A DNA stretch of 64,000 nt. It comes from Eledone cirrhosa. Taxonomy: Eukaryota. The stretch lies in assembly GCA_964016885.1 (NCBI GenBank), contig OZ024744.1:36890001-36954000 (forward strand), written 5' to 3'. A model generated the notes under the pieces. The model did not search any database. It was not told the origin of the DNA and saw nothing but the letters and a program-made list of their open reading frames with translations. Below, piece by piece: positions 27,038 to 36,005 of the stretch. Position 1 is the stretch's first letter. Each line of letters begins with the position of its first letter. The position numbers and the translations under genes were made by a program.

Positions 27038-27306
27038 TCTTTTGTCGGTGTTGAACAAATGAGCAACGATGGTTGCTAGACACTGTACGTCTTAATTCGG
27101 GATGTTTGTTTACAAACACACCGAGCATTATAATAAATGTTCGGTGAATCCATACGTACATATATATATGTGTGTATGTATGTATATATATATACATACT
27201 ACTGTACGTCTGTATACATGTATGTATGTACCTATACATACTTATATTTAAGTAACAGCCGTACTAAGAGTGAGAAATGAAATTTCGTTTCCTTTTTCCC
27301 TTTATA

Positions 27307-27388
<82 letters not shown>

Positions 27389-27401
27389 TTAATATAGAAG
27401 A

Positions 27402-27450
27402 GATTCTACAGGACTAGAACTATTTCATTCTTTAGAAATCATCAGGAATC
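27402..27450 (-). ncRNA. Type I hammerhead ribozyme, intact core
   Basis: gattc-CTGATGA-t-ttct-aa-agaa-t-GAAATAG-ttctagtc-CTGTA-gaatc. Confidence 0.78.
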
Positions 27451-27480
27451 CCTGATGAAATCCCTTTAGAAATCATCAGG

Positions 27481-27529
27481 GATTCCTGATGATTTCTAAA
27501 GAATGAAACAGTTCTAGTCCTGTAGAATC
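27481..27529 (+). ncRNA. Type I hammerhead ribozyme, intact core, GUA cleavage site
   Basis: gattc-CTGATGA-t-ttct-aa-agaa-t-GAAACAG-ttctagtc-CTGTA-gaatc; stems I, II and III all pair. Confidence 0.82.
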
Positions 27530-27615
27530 TCTTCTATATTAAAACTTTTATACTCTTCTATGTATTGAGTACCTTACTTACTCTTGTTACCTCCGATTCA
27601 ACCCGGAATAACGTA

Positions 27616-27690
<75 letters not shown>

Positions 27691-27695
<5 letters not shown>

Positions 27696-29246
27696 AATTT
27701 AAATTAGCGAGAATCGTATTTCGGCTATTGGAAATTAGCGAAAAACAACTTCCAAGATGTGTGGCAAGCGCTCCATAGAAGCGACTGGACTAGAACTACA
27801 ACATAAGTTAAAAGGCCAAACACACTGAGACGATGGTTAAACCATTTTCCGCACAGCCATAGAAACGACCAAGTAATTCGGGTCAAACAAATAAAATATG
27901 ATTGAAAAATTATACCCGGACTCCTGGAAGGTTGGTAAAATCCAGCATTTGGGTTTCTGCAACTCCTAAATCAAGTACTGTCTGCTCAGACAAATAATTG
28001 TTTCTACTTTAGGCACAAGGCCAGCAATTACCCAGTGCATTACTGGTACTTTATTTTTAGACAAATAATTGTTTCTACTTTAGGCACAAGGCCAGAAATT
28101 ACCAGTGCATTACTGGTACTTTAAATTATATTAAGCTTTTGGTAATATGATCGAACAAGGAAGTCACTTTCTCAACAGGCATTTAGTTCAAGTGCCAAGC
28201 GAAGGACTGGCCGTTATTAAAATCAACGTGGGGCTCGACAAGGGGGACAACCCTTAGTCTTGACGGATGAATTCAGTATGTGTGTTATTATTGCAAAATT
28301 GCAAAATATCACAAAAAGAATTAAATTCTCAACAGAATGGTTTTAAAATTTATCAAAAGCTATTCATCAGTCAATTGAATTAACTAAAAAAATCAAGAAA
28401 ATTAACTGGTCAATAGCTAGACTCTGGAGATTAATACAAATATAAATTAGCGAGAATCGTATTTCGGCTATTGGAAATTAGCGAAAAACAACTTCCTAGA
28501 TGTTTGGCAAGCGCTCCATAGAAGCGACTGGGCTAGAACTACAACATAAGTTAAAAGGCCAAACACACTGAGACGATGGTTAAACCATTATTCGCACAGC
28601 CATAGAAACGACCAAGTAATTCGGGTCAAACAAATAAAATATGATTGAAAATCATACCAGGACACCTGGAAGGTTGGTAAAATCCAGCATTTGGGTTTCT
28701 GCAACACCTAAATCAAGTACTGCCTGCTTAGACAAATAATGTTAAGCTTTTGGTAAGATGATCGAACAAGGAAGTCATTTTCTCAACAGGCTTTTAGTTC
28801 AAGTGCCAAGCGAAGGACTGACCGTTATCAAAACCCATGTGGGCTCGACAAGGGGGGGGGGGACAACCCTTAGTTTTGGCGGATGAATTCAGTATGTGTG
28901 TTACTATTGAAAAATTGCAAAATATCACAAAACGAATTAAGTTCTCAACAGAATGGTTTTCAAATTAACAAAAGCTATTCATCAGTCAATAGAATTAACT
29001 AAAAAAATCAAGAAAATTAACTGGTCAATAGCTAGACTCTGGAGATTAATACAAATATAAATTAGCGAGAATCGTATTTCGGCTATTGGAAATTAGCGAA
29101 AAACAACTTCCGAGATGTGTGGAAAGTGCTCCATAGAAGCGAGTGGACTAGAGCTACAACATAAGTTAAAAGGCCAAACACACTGAGACGATGGTTAAAC
29201 CATTATCCGCACAGCCATAGAAACGACCAAGTAATTCGGGTCAAAC

Positions 29247-29247
<1 letters not shown>
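27691..29247. repeat. Unassigned ~615-bp tandem repeat (~2.3 units) between (TA)n tracts; first unit interrupted by SINE 3' fragments
   Basis: AAATTAGCGAGAATCGTATTTCGG at 27701, 28444 and 29059; SINE pieces at ~27995-28125. Confidence 0.9.
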
Positions 29248-29287
<40 letters not shown>

Positions 29288-29459
29288 ACAAAGAAGGTGT
29301 GGTAAGGAACCAGATGAACCATAACGCACCAGAGTACTCGATACTTAGGGTAGTAGAGTGGGTAGTAGGAATAGAATCACTCTTTTCCTATACATATATA
29401 CATACACACACACACACACACATACACACACATACACACAAATACACACTACACATATA

Positions 29460-29544
<85 letters not shown>

Positions 29545-29581
29545 CACCTCTCTCTGCCTTCCCTCTCTCTCTCTGTATATA

Positions 29582-29621
<40 letters not shown>

Positions 29622-29679
29622 TTATGTAATCCAGTGAATTATTGATGGTTGTACCAAAATTAGTACTTCATGCATATAT

Positions 29680-29714
<35 letters not shown>

Positions 29715-29733
29715 TAAGGGAGAGAGAGAGAGG

Positions 29734-29806
<73 letters not shown>

Positions 29807-29885
29807 GTAACATTTCGACCGCGGCGCCAAGCTGTTTCGGTTTGTGTGTTCAGCAAAGTTTTTCAAAAGCCAGCACCGCCGACTC

Positions 29886-29961
<76 letters not shown>

Positions 29962-30172
29962 TCTCTCTCTTTATATATATAGAGAGAGATTACAGCAAAC
30001 ATCACGGGGGCTCTATGTCAAAATTATTTTTGAAAAGCATTAGAAATGCGCAACCTGTAAAAACTTAAAACTAAAACTGAATACTAACCAATACTTATTA
30101 CTAATTTTTACTTATTCCTAATTAAACTATTTTTCACTGGGAAAAATTTGTCAGCATTTTCTTTTCCTTTTA

Positions 30173-30257
<85 letters not shown>
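29248..30257. repeat. Mixed (TA)n/(CA)n/(GA)n/(TC)n microsatellite cluster
   Basis: Direct reading of the sequence. Confidence 0.9.
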
Positions 30258-30261
<4 letters not shown>

Positions 30262-31134
30262 GACGAATGCGAGAAAGTTCTCCAACCCAAGTTAACCAGG
30301 AATCTTTAAAATACTTCGCACCAAGTTAACAAAGAACTTACTGGCTATACCAACTCAAAATATGATAATATTATAAAATTAAGTCAACATTTTTTTAACT
30401 CTACAAGTGAAGTCATTCGTTTCCTTTTTTTCAAATATACCTAACTGTACCAGGGATTTCACACATTTTTCAATATATATATATATATATAATTATTTAA
30501 TACATTAACAGGGAAAGCTTTAACAATATTCCGACCAACTTGCGTCTCACTCAACAAACATTAGGATATACCTTAGTATAATCCCAATTATACGTTTGGG
30601 GTGCTAACTATACGTATTATGAGGATAGACAGTTGTATTATTTTATATGAGACATAATTAAATACATCTCCCATTCCAAACGATCGTTTCATTATAAGTT
30701 TTCTACAAGTTGGGAAAATAATATCCAGGTTATGTAGAAGCCTACACATAGTCTATAGCAATATATGCAGGTGGGCATCAGTGGATAAATCATCAGTGGA
30801 TGCCCAACAATATCGATATAAAAAAACCCTACCGATATTAACATTCAGCGATGGTACCCGTCAGTGTTAGAGTGACCGCCAAATTCCAGCAGTCTCACAA
30901 AGAGAAATCTCACGCCGTCACCAAGTGGGAAGGGGAGGTCATCACAAAACATAAAAGGATAAAATAATATGCACGCAGGTCAATTAATTCTGTCAAGAAG
31001 TTTAACCATGAAGGACTCAATTGGATATAAAAAAATAAATATATGCATGTGTTATATATATATAAAGAAAAAAAGATGAAATCGAAAATGCAACTGGAGT
31101 CTTATTTTAAAAAAATATATATATTTATTTCGTT

Positions 31135-31172
31135 CCTTTACCGGTTTCGCAGTTCTTCTGCTTTTCAAAAGT
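31135..31172 (-). ncRNA. Degenerate minimal hammerhead
   Basis: TTGAAAA-gcag-aagaa-ctgc-GAAAC-CG-GTA; two core mismatches. Confidence 0.45.
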
Positions 31173-31610
31173 AGAGTTGAGATGGAAGGTCTGTGGTTTT
31201 TCTTACATCTGGTTGGTCTTGGAATGTTACTTGTTTTATATGGAAAAAAGTGGCTCGGAACGCCAGGTTTTTAGAGAAATAATTTGATTGGTTGGTCAAT
31301 AAGTATAATAAATTTCGCGCCAGTTCGCTTTACAAAGTTCTTCAAACAGGGGGGGGGGGGCTCAGGTTGTTTTTTTCATATATGAGTGTTTGAATTTCTT
31401 TTTACTTTAAAGAAAGGGGCTCACGAAGGCTTTTTTTTATATACGTCCGAAACTTCTATACAAGACCACACAACAACAAGGGAAATGCCATTGGATATAA
31501 TAATACCATTGAAAAAACATTCCAGAAAAATCATTTTTTAGACCAAGGCTACAGGACCCATGACACCCGGTGGCACAAACCGATTTTATATATATATATA
31601 TATATATATA

Positions 31611-31938
31611 TTAATAAACGGAATTCCAACTTTGTCTGATTTACTCGTTTTATTTACAATTCTTTAAAATTATAATGGTATTAGAATGAAATAGTATGGT
31701 AGAATATTATATGTTAAGTGTTAATTTAACAAGTACTTTCATGCTTTCGCAATCTTCAGGTTCATATTCTGTGGTGTCAGTCAAGTTTGTAATTTTCAAC
31801 TGAAAATTGCAAACTTGACTGTCACCACAGAATATGAACACTTAACATATAATATTCTATCATACTATTTCATTCTAATACCATTATAATTTTAAAGGAT
31901 TGTAAATAAAACTAGTAAATCAGTTGGAATTCCTTTTA

Positions 31939-31942
<4 letters not shown>
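31611..31942. repeat. Long imperfect palindrome in (TA)n with a hammerhead in the left arm only
   Basis: Arms mirror about ~31799-31800. Minus strand 31726-31767 reads CTGAAGA-t-tgc-gaaa-gca-t-GAAAG-TA-CTT. Confidence 0.8.
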
Positions 31943-31993
<51 letters not shown>

Positions 31994-32451
31994 TTATATG
32001 TGTGGGTGTGCATGCGCGCACAACTATTCAATGAAAAATATGACCTCAACATGGCATCCTATTAAAGTTATATCAAAGAAATATCATTGCCTAACAAATA
32101 ATCACTTGAAATTATATTATAAGAGAGTCATCAACGCTTAACTTTTGTGTGTCAACCTGGTATAGTGAAATACAAACACTAGATATCTTGAAGCTATCGA
32201 AAGATGATGCACTGAAATAAGGGAAACTATATTAGAACAGTTATTATTCATGAATCAAGGTGAACTGTTACTTACTTGTTGTCAGAAGAATCCAGGAAAC
32301 GTAAGTAGCTAAATGCTCAGTGTTAATAGAAAATAATGCAGCATAATATTTTGCTACCGACATACCTAGAACTATCAAAATCCTTCAAGATAACAATAAA
32401 CATCCAAAGAGGAGGAAAATTAAAACCATAACAATATTACAGACTAACCCA

Positions 32452-32690
32452 AGCTCAGCTGTACTTCGGGCCAAAAAGGGTAAACTCTCCAACAGGTTTG
32501 CGGTCGGGCCCGTAGCAGTGAAGACGTCTGGTGTCCTTGGCCCTAAGGTCACCTCCCGTCTCACCACCATTGGCACAGAGTTGGCTACCCACATGTGTTA
32601 GCCACACGAGCTGGAATGGCTCTTCCAGCACGTCTCCCTCACAATCCTCCGTAGAAACGCCTTCTCTATTCTGTCCGCCGGGGCCACGGG
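32452..32690 (+). pseudogene. C-terminal RLE remnant of a CRE-like non-LTR retrotransposon
   Basis: Manual translation RF..GPVAVKTSGVLGP..L..IG..LA..*..ELEWLFQHVSLTILRRNAFSIL resembles the CRE-type P.AVET.G..GP...LFQRISLA..RGNA..IL ending. Confidence 0.65.
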
Positions 32691-32988
32691 GCGGACTGCG
32701 CGTGGACCCCTATTTACTCACAGTAATGATTGATGGGGAGAGCGAGAGAGACGGAGGCGATAACAGTGGGAGTTTGGTTCCTTTGTGTTCGGTCCTGTTG
32801 TTTATATATGTATATATGAGAGAAATAGTCTAACAGTTGTTTCTTGTACAGTAAATTTAAGGAAACTAAAACAATAATAAATATTTTTCCAACTTTTGGC
32901 AAATGGCCAGCTATTACCTTAGTGCATTACTGGTACTTCATTTCATAATAATTGTTTTTACTTTTGGCACAAGACCAGACTTCATTTC

Positions 32989-33019
<31 letters not shown>

Positions 33020-33024
33020 TAATA

Positions 33025-33206
33025 ATTGTTTCTACGTTTTGGTACAAGGCCAGCAATTTACCAGTGCATTACTGGTATTTTATTCTATCGACTCCGTAAG
33101 GATGAAAGGCAGAGTTAACCTCGGCGGGATTGGAACTCAGAATGGCAAGGGCCGTAACTCTATGCATCAACGCATAGCGTCCGACCCTTTAACGATACTG
33201 CCAATC
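33025..33206 (-). mobile_element. SINE copy flanked by TAA tracts on both sides
   Basis: Homologous to 16993-17156. Confidence 0.85.
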
Positions 33207-33207
33207 T

Positions 33208-33214
33208 AATAATA

Positions 33215-33259
<45 letters not shown>

Positions 33260-33284
33260 GAAGAAGAAGAAGAAGAAGAAGAAG
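33208..33284 (+). repeat. (TAA)n then (GAA)n tract
   Basis: Direct reading of the sequence. Confidence 0.95.
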
Positions 33285-35978
33285 CGACTGAGTGGGCAAA
33301 TCGGGGAAATGAGAAATGACATAGGAAAGCTTGAGTCACTACTGAATGGGACACTAAAAAACATAGGCACTAAAAATAGACTGGAAATAAAATACAAAAC
33401 TAGGAGTAAAAAGCTAAATATTATCATAGAGGAACTGAAGCAACGCATTGTAGCAAAGAGTGCCAAAATCAGGCGATACGAGAACAGAGTCAGTCAGTAT
33501 AAACAGAACCGCATGTTCGACAACAACCAGATGATGCTGTTTGGACAGCTTGAGGGGGAAAGAAAGAGGCAACGACTTGATCCCTGGGGCGGAGCAAACT
33601 AAAACATTCTGGAGAGGAATATGGGAGCAGGATGTTAGACACAATGCCCAGGCAGGGTGGATTGAGACAGTACAGAGGGAGATCGGTGAGCAGGCACAGC
33701 AACAGACTGATTTGAGTATCACAGTTGAAACTCTTAAGGGGCAAGACAAAAAACTAACCAACTGGAAATCACCAGGCCCAGATGGTGTGCAGGGGTATTG
33801 GATTAAACATCTAACATCCCTCCACCCGAAGCTGACGGCCATGTTCAATGACTGCTTGGTGTCGGGTGAGGTGCCAGAGTGGTTGACAAAAGGTACCACA
33901 GTTCTGATAATGAAAGACCGAATCAAGGGTAATGATGCTACCAACTATAGACCTATCACATGTCTGCCCGTAATGTGGAAACTGTTGACGAGCATTGTGT
34001 CTGAGGAAATCTACCATCACCTCCACACAAACAATTTGTTACCGGACGAACAGAAAGGATGCCGAAAGAAGTCACGTGGTACAAAGGACCAGTTGCTTAT
34101 TGATAAGATGGTAATGGGGAATTGCAGGAGGAGACACACTGATCTTACCATGGGATGGATAGACTACAGAAAGGCATTTGACATGGTGCCTCATTCCTGG
34201 ATCACCAAAAGCCTGGAGATCTTCAGGGTGGCAGATAACATCAGACAGTTGCTAGGCAGGAGTATGGGGTCCTGGGAGACAGAGTTGACATCAACTGGAG
34301 TATCCTTGGGAAGCGTGAAGATCAAGAGAGGTATCTTCCAGGGAGATAGCCTGTCCCCTCTGTTGTTTGTCCTTGCCCTGATGCCCTTGACCATTATGCT
34401 GCGAAAAGTGAGAGCAGGATACAAGTTGGGAAGGGGAGAGCTTACCATCAATCACCTCCTCTTCATGGACGATCTTAAGCTCTTCGGGAAAAGTGAGAAG
34501 GAGTTGGATGTGCTTGTTGACACTGTCCGTATTTTCAGCAGTGATATATGTATGCAGTTTGGTATTGGTAAATGTGGAGTCATTGTGATGAAGAGGGGTA
34601 GGTTGAGCAGAAGTAACGGGATCCAGATACCAACAGGTGAGATGATAAAGGAAATTGACTCTGAGGAAGGATACAAGTATTTGGGCGTTCTGGAGGCTGA
34701 TGGCATAAAGAACAAAAAAATGAAGGAATTGTTAAGAACTGAATACATTCGGAGAGTAAGGAGCGTATTGAAGTCACATCTGAACAGCAGAAATGCCATA
34801 AGCGCAGTAAATTCCCGAGCTGTGTCTATTATTAGGTACAGTGCAGGAATTCTGAGATGGAATGTTGCTGAACAGAAAGAAATGGATAGGAAGACTAGGA
34901 AGCTATTGACTATCTACAACATGTTCCACAAGAGGAGTGATGTCGATAGACTCTACCTAAGGAGATCTGAGGGTGGAAGAGGTCTTATCAGCATAGAGGA
35001 CTGTGTTCAGATGGAGAAAAACAACCTATACAAATACGTGACCTATAGTAAGGAGCCAATGCTCAGAACTGTACTGAAGGAGGGGACAGTAGGCCAGGGG
35101 ATGTCCAGGGAAGAAATAACATCAAGGAGGAAGAGCAGCCTTAAGGGAAAACCCCTTCATAGTACCTTCTTTGAGAAAACTGAATTTAGAGATCCACAGA
35201 CATGGAACTGGTTGAGAAGAGGAGACCTCAAAAAGGCTACAGAAGGAATGCTAATGGCTGCGCAGGAGCAGGCCCTCAAAACGAAGTGGTTGAAGCACCA
35301 TATCTACAAGGAGGAGGCTAGCCCACTGTGCAGGATCTGTGGAGAGAGAGGAGACTGTGGCTCACATGTGTCCGAGTGTAAACACCTAGCCCAGACCCAC
35401 TATAAGGGCTGGGGACACGATGTGATGGGCAGGGTGATCCACTGGCACCTGTGCAAAGTAAACAATCTACCACATTCTGAGAAATGGTATGAGCATAGGC
35501 CAGAGGCGGTGATGGAGAACAATCAGGTGAAGGTGCTGTGGGATTTTAGGATACAGACGGACAAAAAACTGGAACACAATAGACCTGACCTGGTGGTTGT
35601 GGACAGAGAAAAAAGATCGTGCCTGATTGTGGATGTGGCCTGCCCGTTCGACACGAGAGTGCAAGAGAAGGAGAGGGAGAAAATTAACCGATACCAGGAC
35701 CTAAAGTGGGAGGTGAAAAGGATTTGGAACTGCCATGAAGTCAAAGTGATCCCGATTGTCATAGGCGCACTGGGGACTATCTCCAAAAGTTTCCAGGGAT
35801 GGTTAAAGAAAATCGGCCCCTTCACGCTTTTTGGAACGCTTCAAAAAGCATGCTTGCTTGGAACAGCAAGAACCCTCCGATACGTCCTGAATATCTGAGG
35901 CTGCAGGTAGTGGCTTGATATTCAATCCAACGGACTTTCCAGTTAACCAACATCAATGACTGAGATTCAAGGAATAAC
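33278..35978 (+). mobile_element. Dong family A copy A3, 5'-truncated
   Basis: Near-identical to A2 and A4; ends ATTCAAGGAATAAC followed by (TAA)n. Confidence 0.93.
33541..35898 (+). CDS. RT-CCHC-RLE polyprotein fragment (785 aa) of the truncated Dong copy
   Basis: IDYRKAFD, QGDSLSPLLF, FMDD, YKYLG, CRIC, RPDLVV..DVACPFD..EK..Y. Confidence 0.8.
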   Translation: MDSLRGKERGNDLIPGAEQTKTFWRGIWEQDVRHNAQAGWIETVQREIGEQAQQQTDLSITVETLKGQDKKLTNWKSPGPDGVQGYWIKHLTSLHPKLTAMFNDCLVSGEVPEWLTKGTTVLIMKDRIKGNDATNYRPITCLPVMWKLLTSIVSEEIYHHLHTNNLLPDEQKGCRKKSRGTKDQLLIDKMVMGNCRRRHTDLTMGWIDYRKAFDMVPHSWITKSLEIFRVADNIRQLLGRSMGSWETELTSTGVSLGSVKIKRGIFQGDSLSPLLFVLALMPLTIMLRKVRAGYKLGRGELTINHLLFMDDLKLFGKSEKELDVLVDTVRIFSSDICMQFGIGKCGVIVMKRGRLSRSNGIQIPTGEMIKEIDSEEGYKYLGVLEADGIKNKKMKELLRTEYIRRVRSVLKSHLNSRNAISAVNSRAVSIIRYSAGILRWNVAEQKEMDRKTRKLLTIYNMFHKRSDVDRLYLRRSEGGRGLISIEDCVQMEKNNLYKYVTYSKEPMLRTVLKEGTVGQGMSREEITSRRKSSLKGKPLHSTFFEKTEFRDPQTWNWLRRGDLKKATEGMLMAAQEQALKTKWLKHHIYKEEASPLCRICGERGDCGSHVSECKHLAQTHYKGWGHDVMGRVIHWHLCKVNNLPHSEKWYEHRPEAVMENNQVKVLWDFRIQTDKKLEHNRPDLVVVDREKRSCLIVDVACPFDTRVQEKEREKINRYQDLKWEVKRIWNCHEVKVIPIVIGALGTISKSFQGWLKKIGPFTLFGTLQKACLLGTARTLRYVLNI

Positions 35979-36005
35979 AATAACAATAATAATAATAATA
36001 ATAAT

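Larger units (their letters stand above)
26178..27303. repeat. PLE pseudo-LTR: ~428-bp direct tandem copies plus inverted copy
   Basis: CTGCCAGATGGTTGAACG at 26178 and 26606; ~26936-27303 is the reverse complement of ~26288-26656. Confidence 0.85.

Noticed and set aside
28930-28995. Minus-strand CTGATGA..GAAA in the 615-bp repeat as a hammerhead
   Set aside because: Stem II spacing and stem III/NUH geometry do not fit, and GAAA is missing in the other unit.
27691-29247. CRISPR array or snRNA/5S tandem cluster
   Set aside because: No repeat-spacer structure, eukaryotic context, and no recognisable snRNA or rRNA sequence.
30260-32400. Host exons (isolated GTAAGT at ~32301 and ACTTAC at ~32270)
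   Set aside because: No convincing coding frame or paired acceptor; small exons cannot be excluded without RNA-seq.
33541-35898. Domesticated or active RT gene
   Set aside because: 5'-truncated, lacks UTR and N-terminus, zinc knuckle locally frameshifted, and RHD changed to GHD; simply a young copy.
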